A stretch of 64,000 nt of DNA from Candidatus Binatia bacterium. GTDB taxonomy: Bacteria; Desulfobacterota; Binatia; Bin18. Below the pieces are notes generated by a model. The model had not been told where the DNA came from and searched no databases. It saw nothing but the letters and a program-made list of their open reading frames with translations. Within the stretch, counting starts at the first letter, position 1; each line of letters opens with the position of its first letter. Shown one piece after another: positions 30,183-41,643 of the stretch. The stretch covers positions 4,384,001 through 4,448,000 of the forward strand of contig OY761159.2 in assembly GCA_963664395.2 (NCBI GenBank), in the 5' to 3' direction. Both the position numbers and the translations under genes were made by a program.

Positions 30183-31391
30183 CTAGGTCGTATACGCCGA
30201 GTTGAAGTGGACGTAGCCGGTGGACAGGTCGGAGGTAACGACATGGGCGCGGCCCCGACCCAGGTGCAGGTGGATGTCTATGCTGAACTCGGCCTGCTGC
30301 ATGACCCGCGCAGCCCGTTTTTCGTTGCGCGGCCCGGTGCTCATGCCGTTGCGGCCGATGGGGACATCGCCAACACTGATAGCCAGCCGGTCCTGATCGA
30401 GTTGCGCGCCGGCATAGCCAACCGCACAGGCAATCCGGCCCCAATTCGGGTCGCCCCCGAAAAATGCCGTTTTTACCAGGGGTGAATAGGCAATGCTGCG
30501 GGCGACTCTTTCCGCGTCCGCAGTATTTTTTGCGCCGTTGACGTAGATATCGACAACCTTGGTAGCGCCCTCCCCGTCTTTCACGCACATGCGGGCCAGG
30601 CTGCACAGCACTTCGCGGACTGCGTCTCGAAAGGCTGCGTACCCGCGGCCGCGCGGCGTGAGTTCCCGGTTCCCGGCCTGACCATTGGCCAGTAACACCA
30701 AAGTATCGTTCGTACTGGTATCGCCGTCTACGGAAATTGCGTTAAAGGAGTCGGGTAAGGTCTCGTCAAGCACACGCTGGAGCGCCGACCGCTGCACGGC
30801 CGCATCCGTACACACGTAGCACAGCATAGTGGCCATATTGGGATTAATCATCCCCGCTCCTTTGGCCATGCCGGCAATCGAGATGGTTTTTCCGTTCAAC
30901 GCTACCCGCCTGGTCGCGACTTTGGGAAAGGCGTCGGTTGTCATGATTCCAGCCACAGCATTCCAAAAGCCGCGGGGCGACAGGCTGCCGGCCGCATGGC
31001 GAATACCGGTCTGTATATTCTTCCACTTGGGGAGAACGCCAATGACGCCGGTAGAGGAAGGCAGGACAAGCTGCGGGTCCATATTGAGTTCACGTCCAAC
31101 CAAGGCACATGTATCGTGCGCCAGCTTGAGCCCGGGCCGTGCAGTCGAAGCATTTGCATTTCCGCTATTGACCACAATGGCCTGCAAACGCCCGTTCCGG
31201 ATGCGCTCTTCACCGATGAGAACCGGCGCCGCTTTGACTTGGTTGGTGGTAAACGCGGCAACCGCTGTCGCCGGGACCTCAGACATGAGGAGCGACAAGT
31301 CTTTTTTGCCACTTGGCTTAAGCCCACACGCAACACCGGAAAATCGAAAGCCGGGAATAACGATGGGAGCCTTTTTGACTGTAACCCTCAT
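30183..31391 (-). CDS. argJ: Bifunctional glutamate N-acetyltransferase/amino-acid acetyltransferase
   Basis: NSGNANA, IMTTD, KGAGMINPNMATML, DGDTSTND, DGEGATK, DPNWGRI. Confidence 0.97.
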   Translation of the reverse strand: MRVTVKKAPIVIPGFRFSGVACGLKPSGKKDLSLLMSEVPATAVAAFTTNQVKAAPVLIGEERIRNGRLQAIVVNSGNANASTARPGLKLAHDTCALVGRELNMDPQLVLPSSTGVIGVLPKWKNIQTGIRHAAGSLSPRGFWNAVAGIMTTDAFPKVATRRVALNGKTISIAGMAKGAGMINPNMATMLCYVCTDAAVQRSALQRVLDETLPDSFNAISVDGDTSTNDTLVLLANGQAGNRELTPRGRGYAAFRDAVREVLCSLARMCVKDGEGATKVVDIYVNGAKNTADAERVARSIAYSPLVKTAFFGGDPNWGRIACAVGYAGAQLDQDRLAISVGDVPIGRNGMSTGPRNEKRAARVMQQAEFSIDIHLHLGRGRAHVVTSDLSTGYVHFNSAYTT

Positions 31392-31418
31392 ATTGACGTT
31401 ACTGGATCATGCGGCCGT

Positions 31419-34400
31419 TCAGGCGCCATGACATTTTTTATACTTTTTGCCACTGCCGCACGGACAGGGATCATTCCGACCAACCTTGGGCGTATCCCGT
31501 ATGGCTTGGACGGGCTTTTCCGCCTGCGGTGGTGCGACCGGTCCCCCATGTTGCGCGTGTACGGGTCGCGTTGCCGTCTGTTGGAGCGCGACCGGGCCAG
31601 TATGATGCATCTGCATGGGCGGGTGTGAGGACTGCCCTTCCTCCAGCCGCTGTACATCTTCCTGGCGCGCCACCTGGACGCTATAGAGCTTTTCGACGAC
31701 ATCTTCCTGCATGCGACGGGAGAGGTCGTCGAAGAGAGCAAACGCCTCCTTCTTGTACTCTTGGAGGGGGTTTTTCTGACCGTAGCCGCGCAGACCAATC
31801 CCCTCCTTGAGGTGGTCCATGGCAAAGAGGTGATCTTTCCACAGACTGTCCATGGTTTGCAGCATAATCACCTTTTCGAGATAGCGCATAACCGGTGAGG
31901 TAAAAGCCTGCTCCCGCTCTTCATAGTGCTGCAGTGTCCGGTCTCGTACGAGCCCGTGGAGTTCTTCTGTCGTCAGCTCTTCTTGCTGTTCCTCACTCAA
32001 GCCGAGGCGCATATTGAATTGGCGAAACACGGTGTCATCAAGCCCTTTCCAGTCCCACTCTGTAGGGTCGATTCCCTTATCCGTATAGTTCAGCACGCTT
32101 TCTTCGGCCATCTCTTCAACAATCTCCAGCACTTGGCCTTTCAGGTTCTCGCCCGCCAGAAATCCCCGGCGCTGCTCATAGATGACCTCACGCTGCTTAT
32201 TAATAACGTCGTCATACTCCAGTAGATGTTTCCGAATATCGAAGTTATGGCCCTCTACCCGTCCTTGGGCATTTTCGATCGCGCGTGTGACCAGTTCTGC
32301 TTCAATGGGCTCACCCTCTTCCATCCCCAGCCGGTCCATTATCTTTTGTACGCGTTCTGCGCCAAAAATGCGGAGGAGGTCATCTTCAAGCGAGAGGAAA
32401 AATCGAGATGAACCAGGGTCTCCCTGGCGCCCCGCACGTCCGCGTAGCTGGTTATCAATCCGCCGTGACTCGTGACGCTCAGTGCCCAGAATGTGTACTC
32501 CACCGGCAGCCACAACTTTTTCTCGCTCCTCACTACACGTTTTCTCGTACTTCTCAAGGATTTCATTAAAATTCTGACTATATACCTCGGGCGCTTTCTC
32601 AAGCTGTTCTCGTACGTCTTCTATGACCTGGACGTGTTCCTTGCGCCGGTGCTCGTACACGCGTTCTGCCTCAGCGACAGCGTCTTCATACGGCTTCCGC
32701 GCCGCTTCATAGCGTTGGTCAGCATCCTGGTAGGCTTGTTGATTTTCTTCATACGTACGGCGTGCCACTTCATATTCCTCTTGTACACGCCCGTTTTCAC
32801 TCAGAGCCACGCCAGCCATTTGGATAATAGACCGACAATAATCCTCCGCCCAGCGTTCGTAACGGCTTCGCAACAAGTTGAGACGGTCGAGACGGTTAAG
32901 GCGCTCAGACACCTGTCCCTCTCCTGTTCCATCTTCAGTCAGTACAGAAATGAAATCAGTACACGTGGCTTCATATTCCTGTTGTCGCTCTTCATTGAGC
33001 GCCGGGCCTACCACTTTGTCATATTCGGACAATGCTGACTCATACGCCTCTCGCGCTTGGCTATACGTCTCCAACTGCGCCGAGGAAAGGGAGCTGTGAG
33101 TGGTATCCATCGGCTGAGCAGCCTCTCCGTAGTCAGCCCGGGCTTTCTGCAGCGTAGCCTGGAGGTAGGGACGATAGGTCTCCGTCATCCGCTTCAATGC
33201 CGCATTGCGAGCCGATTCAAAAGGAGTCCAGTCCGGCTCATATTTTTCCAGAGCCTGGGCAATCGTGGCGGTATACTCTGCACGGATTTCTTCCAGTTGG
33301 TCTTCGTAGCTCTTTTCTGTTGTCGTCCCTGTTTTTGCGCCTTTCTTGGTCCGAGCAGCACTCGCCTTATTGATCCATTTTTTTTCAATCTCGGACCGGG
33401 CCAGGAATTCCGGGTTCCCACCAAGCAAAATATCAGTCCCGCGGCCCGCCATATTCGTGGCAATAGTTACCGCACCAAGGCGACCGGCCTGTGCAATAAT
33501 ATTTGCCTCAGCCTCATGGTTCACCGCGTTCAAGACATTGTGCTTGGCACCCTTGCGCTTGAGGAGTCTGCCCAGATGTTCAGACTTTTCGACTGAAATC
33601 GTGCCTACCAGCACCGGTTGCCCCCGTTCATGACAATCGAGTATATCGGTAATCACTGCCTCAAATTTCTCACGCTCGGTCTTGTATACCACGTCGGGAT
33701 GGTCAATCCGGACCATAGGTCGGTTGGGTGGAATAACGATCACATCGAGGTCGTAGATTTTCTTGAATTCAACCGCTTCCGTATCGGCTGTCCCGGTCAT
33801 GCCCCCCAACTTGCGGTACATGCGGAAGTAGTTCTGGATCGTGATAGTCGCAAGTGTTTGATTTTCCTCACGAATCCGGACGCCTTCTTTGGCTTCGACT
33901 GCTTGATGCAGTCCGTCCGACCAGCGGCGGCCAGGCATGAGACGACCGGTAAATTCATCAACGATGACAACCTCGCCATCCTTAATTACGTAGTCAACAT
34001 CCCGCTTGAAAATGGCATGGGCTTTCAACGCTTGGCTGACATGGTGCAAGGTCCCGATCTCAGACGGGTCGTACAGGTTACGGACTCCGAGAATACGCTC
34101 AACTTTAGATATCCCTTCTTCTGTAAGTGTTGAAGTTTTGAGTTTTTCGTCAATGGCATAATCCGCCTCGCGCTGGAGACGTGGAATGACTCGATTGAGG
34201 GAGTAGTATTTCTGTGTGGATTCTTCTGCCGGACCGGAAATAATAAGGGGCGTCCGGGCTTCGTCAATCAAAATATTATCAACTTCATCAACAATGGAAA
34301 AATGCAACTCACGCTGGACATAATCTTCAAGGTTGAACTTCATGTTATCGCGCAAGTAGTCGAAGCCATACTCGTTATTCGTTCCATAGGTGATATCAGC

Positions 34401-35120
34401 CGCATATGCCTCTTTTCGGCTGACCGGACGAAGATTCATAGACCGATAATCTTTGACCACATGTGCAGGGTCAAAGACGAAGCTGGTGTCGTGTACGATA
34501 GAAGCAATGGACAGCCCAAGGGCGTGATAAATAGGTCCCATCCACTGCACGTCGCGTCGCGCCAGATAGTCGTTCACGGTTACCAGATGCGAGCCACGAC
34601 CGAGCAAGGCGTTGAGATACAATGGCAAGGTGGCAACCAGCGTCTTTCCTTCGCCCGTTTTCATCTCAGCAATGCGGCCCTGATGGAGGACAATACCGCC
34701 AAGGAGCTGGCTATCGAAATGACGCATGCCGGTTACCCGACGCGAGACTTCGCGGACTGTGGCGTAGGCTTCGGGAAGGATGTCGTCAAGCACGTCGGCT
34801 TCAGCGGAATGGAGTTCTCTTTCCAGTGTCGTTTGTTCCTCTTGGAGGTAGTCCCGCCGCTCCAACACGTCTCCGTCAGGTCTGCCTTCCCCAGCAATCT
34901 CGGACGCCTGGTGTGAAATCTCACCCAGCTGCGTGCGTGTCGCTGCAGTGGTCGCTTGGATTCGACTGCGGAGGTCATCCGTTTTCGCGCGCAGCTCATC
35001 CATGCTGAGCTGTTGCAGTTCGGATTCAAACTGTCCGATCTCTTCCACCAATGGCTGCATCCGCTTGAGCTCGCGTTCGTTTTTGCTCCCAAAAATCTTC
35101 TGTGCCAACCGTGCTAACAT
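31419..35120 (-). CDS. secA: Preprotein translocase SecA (1233 aa, with large insertions)
   Basis: [63 protein letters not shown]-terminal [13 protein letters not shown]. Confidence 0.97.
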   Translation of the reverse strand: MLARLAQKIFGSKNERELKRMQPLVEEIGQFESELQQLSMDELRAKTDDLRSRIQATTAATRTQLGEISHQASEIAGEGRPDGDVLERRDYLQEEQTTLERELHSAEADVLDDILPEAYATVREVSRRVTGMRHFDSQLLGGIVLHQGRIAEMKTGEGKTLVATLPLYLNALLGRGSHLVTVNDYLARRDVQWMGPIYHALGLSIASIVHDTSFVFDPAHVVKDYRSMNLRPVSRKEAYAADITYGTNNEYGFDYLRDNMKFNLEDYVQRELHFSIVDEVDNILIDEARTPLIISGPAEESTQKYYSLNRVIPRLQREADYAIDEKLKTSTLTEEGISKVERILGVRNLYDPSEIGTLHHVSQALKAHAIFKRDVDYVIKDGEVVIVDEFTGRLMPGRRWSDGLHQAVEAKEGVRIREENQTLATITIQNYFRMYRKLGGMTGTADTEAVEFKKIYDLDVIVIPPNRPMVRIDHPDVVYKTEREKFEAVITDILDCHERGQPVLVGTISVEKSEHLGRLLKRKGAKHNVLNAVNHEAEANIIAQAGRLGAVTIATNMAGRGTDILLGGNPEFLARSEIEKKWINKASAARTKKGAKTGTTTEKSYEDQLEEIRAEYTATIAQALEKYEPDWTPFESARNAALKRMTETYRPYLQATLQKARADYGEAAQPMDTTHSSLSSAQLETYSQAREAYESALSEYDKVVGPALNEERQQEYEATCTDFISVLTEDGTGEGQVSERLNRLDRLNLLRSRYERWAEDYCRSIIQMAGVALSENGRVQEEYEVARRTYEENQQAYQDADQRYEAARKPYEDAVAEAERVYEHRRKEHVQVIEDVREQLEKAPEVYSQNFNEILEKYEKTCSEEREKVVAAGGVHILGTERHESRRIDNQLRGRAGRQGDPGSSRFFLSLEDDLLRIFGAERVQKIMDRLGMEEGEPIEAELVTRAIENAQGRVEGHNFDIRKHLLEYDDVINKQREVIYEQRRGFLAGENLKGQVLEIVEEMAEESVLNYTDKGIDPTEWDWKGLDDTVFRQFNMRLGLSEEQQEELTTEELHGLVRDRTLQHYEEREQAFTSPVMRYLEKVIMLQTMDSLWKDHLFAMDHLKEGIGLRGYGQKNPLQEYKKEAFALFDDLSRRMQEDVVEKLYSVQVARQEDVQRLEEGQSSHPPMQMHHTGPVALQQTATRPVHAQHGGPVAPPQAEKPVQAIRDTPKVGRNDPCPCGSGKKYKKCHGA

Positions 35121-35156
35121 GATCGTGTTACCTTTGGATTATGTATCCACACACTA

Positions 35157-35981
35157 TTAACGCTCTATACGTACTGCTGATTCAACCACGTCCCCGAGAA
35201 AGCGGGCGCCGACCTTAATGAACTGATCCGGGCTGTCTGTCACGAAAAAGCTTCCCCGGCCCAGGCCATTCGACTGGGTCCGGCGGTTGTTGGGTAAGGT
35301 CTCCACCACCACCTTTGCTGTTTCCTCAGCAGAATCAACGAGCTGTACGTGTGCTCCAAGATACGTCGCAATAGTCTTTTTTAATAAAGGGTAATGCGTG
35401 CAGCCTAAAATCAACGTATCTATCCCACTCTGTTTGAGGCTACTGAGATACGTCGCAACTGTCGAGTGGGCCACATCGTTCTCCACCCAGCCCTCCTCGA
35501 CTAAAGGGACAAACAATGGACACGCGCGCGTATAAATCTCAATAGACGGGTCTAGGGCGCGAAGTGCTTTTGTATAGGCTCCACTCGCTATCGTTGCTTC
35601 AGTCCCAATCACCCCTATTTTTCTGTTTTGACTGGACCGGGCGGCTGCCGAGGCACCTGGCTGTATCACACCGATAACGGGTATGGAGTAGCGTTCTTGT
35701 AAAGTCATAAGCGCGACTGCCGAAGCAGTATTACACGCCACAACCAGCATCTTGATATTCCGTTCAGCAAGAAAGTCGCTATTCTCACACGCATACTGCG
35801 TCACAACATCGTGCGACTTTGTCCCATAAGGACAGCGCGCAGTATCCCCCAAGTAGATCAGGTTTTCGGCCGGCAAGAGAGTCGCAATTTGCTGATAGAC
35901 CGTAAGCCCGCCTATGCCGGAGTCAAAAATTCCGATGGCTGCATCCCCACTCACTCCATTCACCTTTCGGTCCATCAGCAT
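35157..35981 (-). CDS. murI: Glutamate racemase
   Basis: FDSGIGGLT, PYGTKS, VACNTAS, LGCTHYP. Confidence 0.97.
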   Translation of the reverse strand: MLMDRKVNGVSGDAAIGIFDSGIGGLTVYQQIATLLPAENLIYLGDTARCPYGTKSHDVVTQYACENSDFLAERNIKMLVVACNTASAVALMTLQERYSIPVIGVIQPGASAAARSSQNRKIGVIGTEATIASGAYTKALRALDPSIEIYTRACPLFVPLVEEGWVENDVAHSTVATYLSSLKQSGIDTLILGCTHYPLLKKTIATYLGAHVQLVDSAEETAKVVVETLPNNRRTQSNGLGRGSFFVTDSPDQFIKVGARFLGDVVESAVRIER

Positions 35982-36160
35982 ATATCAAAGAGTGATGTTA
36001 CACATGAGAGTATTTGCCATCTCATCATCTAACTATTTGATATATTTTCAGTTTACCAACCAGAGAAAATACTTGAAGATGATGAATTATCTCACCTAAT
36101 CTCTTACGTGTTTCACACGAAACATTTCCCCATCCACATAAGATATTATCTCACCCTGCG

Positions 36161-37174
36161 TTACTGACCAAACGTCTCAACAATAAGCCGATGATTCTCT
36201 TGTACGCGGTCAGCTCGTATACCAGCAGTTGGTGTATACAGAATAGGGAGATCCACAATATCCTTCCATTTCTCAATCTGCTCACGACATTCTTCCGGAG
36301 TGCCCGCGATCGCGATTTGTTCGACCATATCGTCGGTCACAGCAGCAGCCATCTTCGGCAAGTTAAAGGTTTTGAAATTTTTCCATATAGCAAGTTTTTG
36401 TTCTTCCCAACCATGCATGTTCAGAATGCCCTCGTAGGATTTCACCGAGGCATAAAAGGCAATCTGGTTTTTCGCGTCGCGTATGGCTTGCTCGCGGTCA
36501 TGGCTTATAGCGGTAATAAGCAGTGTTGTAATGTCAATATCCTTAGGGTCACGACCTGCCCGCCTCGCTCCGACCTCTATATTCGGTCGAATAAATTCAG
36601 CGATATACTTGCGGCTGTACAGCGGGTGGCCGACTAAGCCATCGGCAACCTCGCCAGTCGTGCGCAGCATGCCTTTTTGCACTGCGGCCAAATAGAGTGG
36701 AATACGATCACGCACAATATACGGACGCACGTACGCAGGAATGTTCAACGTGTAATAATCGCCCTCAAATTTCATCCCACCGCCTTTATGCGATGCCCAT
36801 ATTTTTCTGATAAGCGCGACATACTCTTTCATTTTCCGCGCCGAACGGGGCTCAAACTTCTCCCCATACCACATTTCATTCATGGAACGGGTTCCACTCC
36901 CCAAGCCAAGAATCAGACGGCCATTCGAGAGTTCGTCAATATCCATCGCTCCGGTCGCATTCAGCACGGGGTTACGCATATATGCATAGGCAATGCCGGT
37001 GGCAATTTTGGCGCGTTGGGTACACGTGGCAACCGCGGCCAAGGTGACTAGGCCATTTCGATTAAAAAACTCACCGTTCCAAAGCGAATCAAAGCCAGCC
37101 TCATCTGCGAGCCTGGCGATTTCCATCATATCGCTGATCGTAGGCGTAAAAAGAGCGATTCCAAGTCGCTGCAT
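36161..37174 (-). CDS. LLM-class flavin/F420-dependent oxidoreductase
   Basis: GFDSLWNGE, SNGRLILGLGSG, GEVADG, IAGTPEEC; GGAGG SD before ATG 37174. Confidence 0.88.
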   Translation of the reverse strand: MQRLGIALFTPTISDMMEIARLADEAGFDSLWNGEFFNRNGLVTLAAVATCTQRAKIATGIAYAYMRNPVLNATGAMDIDELSNGRLILGLGSGTRSMNEMWYGEKFEPRSARKMKEYVALIRKIWASHKGGGMKFEGDYYTLNIPAYVRPYIVRDRIPLYLAAVQKGMLRTTGEVADGLVGHPLYSRKYIAEFIRPNIEVGARRAGRDPKDIDITTLLITAISHDREQAIRDAKNQIAFYASVKSYEGILNMHGWEEQKLAIWKNFKTFNLPKMAAAVTDDMVEQIAIAGTPEECREQIEKWKDIVDLPILYTPTAGIRADRVQENHRLIVETFGQ

Positions 37175-37285
37175 ATATTCCTCCAAATTTGACAGAAGAA
37201 AAATTATCAGCCTTATTTTATTTATTCGATGAAAGATTGTTCATGAATAGGCAGATTCAATGGAGTTCTCAGAAAAAACGACATT

Positions 37286-38038
37286 TTATTCCAACACCTG
37301 CCCGCCACACACCGGCATATAGTGGCCGGTTATGAAACTACTCAATTCGGACGCAAAAAACAGCGCCGCGTTTGCCGTATCTTCAACCGTTCCGGTTCTT
37401 CGCAACGGAACTTTACGTTCATGCTTTGCCCGAGTTTCTGGTGTAAGCACGTCTTTTACTTCCTGGGTCAAGGTCAAACCGGGAGAGACAATATTGACCG
37501 TAATATTATATTGACCAACTTCAACAGCCAGATTCCGAGAGAAGCCCAACATGGCTGTTTTGGCTGTGATATAGGCGTGATAGTGCGGACTTGGTTGGTG
37601 AATTCCAATCGTGTTGATACTGACGATCCGCCCCCAGCGCCGCGTTTTCATTCCAGGGAGAACCGCTTGAGCACACACAAAGGCCGCTTTTACCGTAGTG
37701 TCAAGCTGGTGCTGCCAGTCCGGCCAGGTCGTGTCTTGAAACGACTTGTGCGGAATACCACCGGCATAATTACTGACGAGGATATCAACCTGGCCGAATC
37801 GCTCTTCGGTTTGGCGAAGCATATGCAGGACCTGGGCTTCATCCGTAATGTCTGCTTTTACAAATAGGGCCTGCCCGCCTCCTGACTCAATCTCTTCAAG
37901 CACGTGTTGAGGATGCCCTTCCTCTTTGACTTGATTAATAACAACCTTGGCTCCTTCACCGGCAAAAACACGGGCAATGCCAGCTCCCGTGCCTCGTACT
38001 GAGCCGGTAATAAGCGCAACTTTGTTTTTCAGAAGCAT
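37286..38038 (-). CDS. SDR-family oxidoreductase (FabG-like)
   Basis: TGSVRGTG, YITAK, NIVSPG. Confidence 0.85.
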   Translation of the reverse strand: MLLKNKVALITGSVRGTGAGIARVFAGEGAKVVINQVKEEGHPQHVLEEIESGGGQALFVKADITDEAQVLHMLRQTEERFGQVDILVSNYAGGIPHKSFQDTTWPDWQHQLDTTVKAAFVCAQAVLPGMKTRRWGRIVSINTIGIHQPSPHYHAYITAKTAMLGFSRNLAVEVGQYNITVNIVSPGLTLTQEVKDVLTPETRAKHERKVPLRRTGTVEDTANAALFFASELSSFITGHYMPVCGGQVLE

Positions 38039-38128
38039 GGCTGCCCCCCCACATCAGGATAACTATCCTGCAGTCTGACGAATGATAGTCATATCAAGTA
38101 AGGTTGTCTCTCAATTTTATCCTGCACC

Positions 38129-39280
38129 CTACCCCGGCTGCAAACCAAGCCCGCGGATCGCAATAATATTGCGCAGAATATTGCTCGTTCCACCCTGGAT
38201 CGTATAGGCGGGAGCGTACAGATATTCTCGGGCCGCGCGGCCGGCTAATCGGGCATGGGGCGAGTCAGGCAGGAGGACCGCATAATCGCCAAGCAGTTCA
38301 CTCACCGCTTTAGCAATACGCTGTTCCACTTCCGTACAAAAACACTTTGCCATGGCAGCTTCGTAGTTCGGAACACTCTTCTGTGTCAGATACCAGGCAA
38401 CCTTGTAGACCATGGAGCGACCCAGATCGAGTTCGATATGAAGCTGAGACAGGGTGTCCCGGACGAGCGGATCTTTGGTCAGCCCCTGCTCCTTTGCATA
38501 CCGAACAGCATCCCGAAAAAGGGGATAGTTACTCAGTAAACGCTCAATACCACTGCGTTCATAGTCAAGCTGAGAGGCAATCTGATACCAGCCTCGATTC
38601 TTCTCGCCAATCAGCCGATTTTTGGGTACCTCGACATTATCAAAGAAGACCTCATTGAAGTGATGTTCACCCGTCGCATCCATGAGTGGTCGAACCTCAA
38701 TGCCGGGTGTATGCATATCAACCAAGAATTCACTAATACCCTTATGCTTCGGGGCATCCGGGTCCGTACGAGCGACCAGATAGGCATAGTCTGCAACATG
38801 GGCAAAGCTGGTCCATATCTTTTGGCCGTTCAAGGTATAGTGATCGCCCTCCTCGTCCGCCCGGGTCCGCAGCGAAGCCAAGTCAGAACCGGACCCAGGT
38901 TCACTCATGCCGAGGCAAAAGACGATCTCACCTTTACAGACCTGCGGTAATATGTCTTGCTTTTGCTCTTCACGTCCATACGCCAGAAGGGCCGGACCGA
39001 CTTGACGATCGCCAAGCCAGTGCGCTGCGACCGGAGCTCCAGCGCGCAGAAGTTCTTCAGTCAGGATTAATCGATCAAGATACGACTTTTCTTGACCACC
39101 ATATTTCTTGGGCCAAGTGAGCCCGATCCAGCCTTGCTGGCCAAGTTTCTGAGAGAATTCACGCGAGTAGCCACTGATCCAACCATCTTCAACACAAACC
39201 TCAGCCGACACCTCGCTCGACAGGAATTCTCTGATTTCCGCGCGAAACGCTTCTTGTTCTTTGCTGAGAGCGAAATCCAT
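38129..39280 (-). CDS. Acyl-CoA dehydrogenase family protein
   Basis: MSEPGSGSDL, NGQKIWTS, FNEVFFD, TIQGGTSNI. Confidence 0.92.
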   Translation of the reverse strand: MDFALSKEQEAFRAEIREFLSSEVSAEVCVEDGWISGYSREFSQKLGQQGWIGLTWPKKYGGQEKSYLDRLILTEELLRAGAPVAAHWLGDRQVGPALLAYGREEQKQDILPQVCKGEIVFCLGMSEPGSGSDLASLRTRADEEGDHYTLNGQKIWTSFAHVADYAYLVARTDPDAPKHKGISEFLVDMHTPGIEVRPLMDATGEHHFNEVFFDNVEVPKNRLIGEKNRGWYQIASQLDYERSGIERLLSNYPLFRDAVRYAKEQGLTKDPLVRDTLSQLHIELDLGRSMVYKVAWYLTQKSVPNYEAAMAKCFCTEVEQRIAKAVSELLGDYAVLLPDSPHARLAGRAAREYLYAPAYTIQGGTSNILRNIIAIRGLGLQPG

Positions 39281-39330
39281 ACAATCTCCTTGACTGAGAT
39301 TTTTGTGATTATACAGGATTGACCAGGATT

Positions 39331-41613
39331 TTATGACAATTCGACTTTCTGACTTCCGACTTCAAGCGCCTCACACTCGTGACCTGAGGCGATCATGACC
39401 TCCGAGTCGCGTGAGCAACCCAGGTGCAAGGCAAAGGGACCGCAGTCATCAAATTGCTGGGCAATAATCCACATCTGTTCAATATCAGGGCTGACCTGGG
39501 GCAAAATTTCAAGCGTCTTTCGGGTACGCTGGGCGTCAAAAAAGGCGAACGGCTCATCAAGGATAAGGCTCTCAATGCCACACAGCGAGGCACTAATCAG
39601 GGCTTGCGACAAGGCGAGACGGATGGCCAACATGACCTGATTATAGGTTCCCCCCGAAATTTCGTTCAGACCGACAAAATGACCCTTTTCACTCGACCAG
39701 ACCCGGACGTTGAGGTCATTATCGATTTGCATGGTCTCGTAACGTCCCTCGGTGAGCTTCGGCATGATTTTACTCACAACATGCCGCATTTCCAGGTTAA
39801 ACCGGCTCAATAAACGCCGGTGCGAGCCGGCCAGGAGATTTTGAGCGGTCCGCCGTATTTCAATACTGCGGGTTTTGCCCTCAATATCCTTTTCGAGCGT
39901 CACGATCTCCAGGTCCAACTGCGTCGCTTCATTGAGTCGGCGCTCTTCTTCCGTAATCGCCTGATCCAAACGGTCCAGGTCCTGGTGTATGGCAGCCAGA
40001 CTCGTCTCACCAGCCTGTATTTCTTCAGTGATCCGCCGGGTTATGGCGTCGGCATCCTCCTGGCAGGTGAGGCGGGCCGCCTCCAGCGGAGCCATAAAAG
40101 CGGCGAGCGCCTCCGCTTCGAGCAGCGCCGCCCCGGGACCACCGGCAAACCGGGTCAGGGCTTCTTTCAGTTGCGTATCATCACAAGCATCAAGAGTCGC
40201 CACCTCAGCGACCAGGGACTGCTGCGGGAAGTCTTCAAGCCTGTGGTGCTGAGCTTTGATGTCTTCCTGGTCGGCCTGCAGACGCGCGGCCTCCTGCCGG
40301 ACCGTCATAATCCGCTCCGTCAGGACGAAGACCAGAACGAGCAACACCAGGCTCAGCCCACTGGAGAGCGCGGCGACAAGGGAAAGCGCAGTGTTGTACG
40401 TCACCAATTGCAGGTCGGTGCTGAGCCACTGTCCGAGGGCGTGGTCTGGCATATGGTTCAGAAACCAGAGCGCGGTCCAACTCGCCATCATAATCAGAAG
40501 CGTAATAAAAAAGCCGATAATAGGACCGGTCCGCTTCCCGCGCAGGCCCTCTCCCTGACTGAGGAGCCGCGCCCGCTGGTCGGGTAAAGAGCGCGCACGA
40601 ACGTCAACCTCAGCCGGCCGCTCTGTCTGGCCGATGAGCCAGGCCAGACCTTGGCGATACGCGGCTGTCGCGTTCCGCACAGGGGTAAAAGCCTGAAGAC
40701 GCCCGCGCAGATCGTCACTCCAGGACTGGAGCGCCCCGGTCAGGCGTGGACCCGCACCGGATTCTGCCTCTTCACCCGCCGCGCCCACGGCTTGGGTGGC
40801 GGTATCGATGCGGTCCGTATAATGCAGCCACTGCTCCAGGCTGGTATCGAGACTGGCTCGGGTCGTCTGTTTGACCTGCTCGGCGATCTCTGCGGTTGCA
40901 GCCCGCAGGCGGTCGAGCGTTAAATGACGGACCGTATTTTCTTTTTTTCGCTCAGCAATAGCTGCGGTGTGCGCGTTCCGTTCTGCCTTCAGATTGGACA
41001 AGGCATCAGCCTGGATATTAAGTTCAGTGCGCTGCTGGCGAGCCTCGGCAATATCCCGATGCAGAGGGGCGAGTTCTTCCTGGAAGGTGTGGATATCGGA
41101 CTCACACTCAGCCGCCACCTGCTCAAAGGTTTCGATACCGGCCAGCGCCTTGGCGGTCTGCAGGAGCATGGACGGAGAGGCGATATTGCGCTGAGCCAGA
41201 TAGAAGGAATCGATAAAGCGTTGATAGCTAAACCCGCACAGCTGGGCCACATTCTCGTTCACCGCGGCGGCCCCACGGACAAAAGGCTCCGCTTCCCCTT
41301 CCCGGCGAAGCTGGGCCAGATTATTCCCGTCTACGTCAAAGGAGCGGGTAATCAGATAACCGTGTTTATCCTTGGCAAGAAAGCCAACAGCGACGGAAGC
41401 GCTAAACTCGCCCCACTTGATGTTTTTTTGGAAGTCGTCCTCAGCGTGAGAGAATGTCCGGCCAAACAGCGCCAGACACAGAATCTCGGCAATGGTCGTT
41501 TTGCCGGATTCATTGGAACCGCTTATCCCAATCACTCCCCGGCGGGGGAGATTCGTCAGCTCCAGTTCTGCATACCGAAGCACATTTTTCGCTTGGACAC
41601 GCGTAATGATCAT
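39331..41613 (-). CDS. SMC/SbcC/YhaN-like coiled-coil ATPase with a central TM hairpin
   Basis: Walker A GSNESGKTT, Q-loop YLAQ, coiled coils, signature ISGG, Walker B LILDEPF; two central hydrophobic helices. Confidence 0.82.
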   Translation of the reverse strand: MIITRVQAKNVLRYAELELTNLPRRGVIGISGSNESGKTTIAEILCLALFGRTFSHAEDDFQKNIKWGEFSASVAVGFLAKDKHGYLITRSFDVDGNNLAQLRREGEAEPFVRGAAAVNENVAQLCGFSYQRFIDSFYLAQRNIASPSMLLQTAKALAGIETFEQVAAECESDIHTFQEELAPLHRDIAEARQQRTELNIQADALSNLKAERNAHTAAIAERKKENTVRHLTLDRLRAATAEIAEQVKQTTRASLDTSLEQWLHYTDRIDTATQAVGAAGEEAESGAGPRLTGALQSWSDDLRGRLQAFTPVRNATAAYRQGLAWLIGQTERPAEVDVRARSLPDQRARLLSQGEGLRGKRTGPIIGFFITLLIMMASWTALWFLNHMPDHALGQWLSTDLQLVTYNTALSLVAALSSGLSLVLLVLVFVLTERIMTVRQEAARLQADQEDIKAQHHRLEDFPQQSLVAEVATLDACDDTQLKEALTRFAGGPGAALLEAEALAAFMAPLEAARLTCQEDADAITRRITEEIQAGETSLAAIHQDLDRLDQAITEEERRLNEATQLDLEIVTLEKDIEGKTRSIEIRRTAQNLLAGSHRRLLSRFNLEMRHVVSKIMPKLTEGRYETMQIDNDLNVRVWSSEKGHFVGLNEISGGTYNQVMLAIRLALSQALISASLCGIESLILDEPFAFFDAQRTRKTLEILPQVSPDIEQMWIIAQQFDDCGPFALHLGCSRDSEVMIASGHECEALEVGSQKVELS

Positions 41614-41643
41614 GAAAGATTCCTTTGAAATTCCTTGACTCGA

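Noticed and set aside
32530-33400. SecA insertion as an intein
   Set aside because: No Cys/Ser start, His-Asn end or LAGLIDADG motif; composition is coiled-coil.
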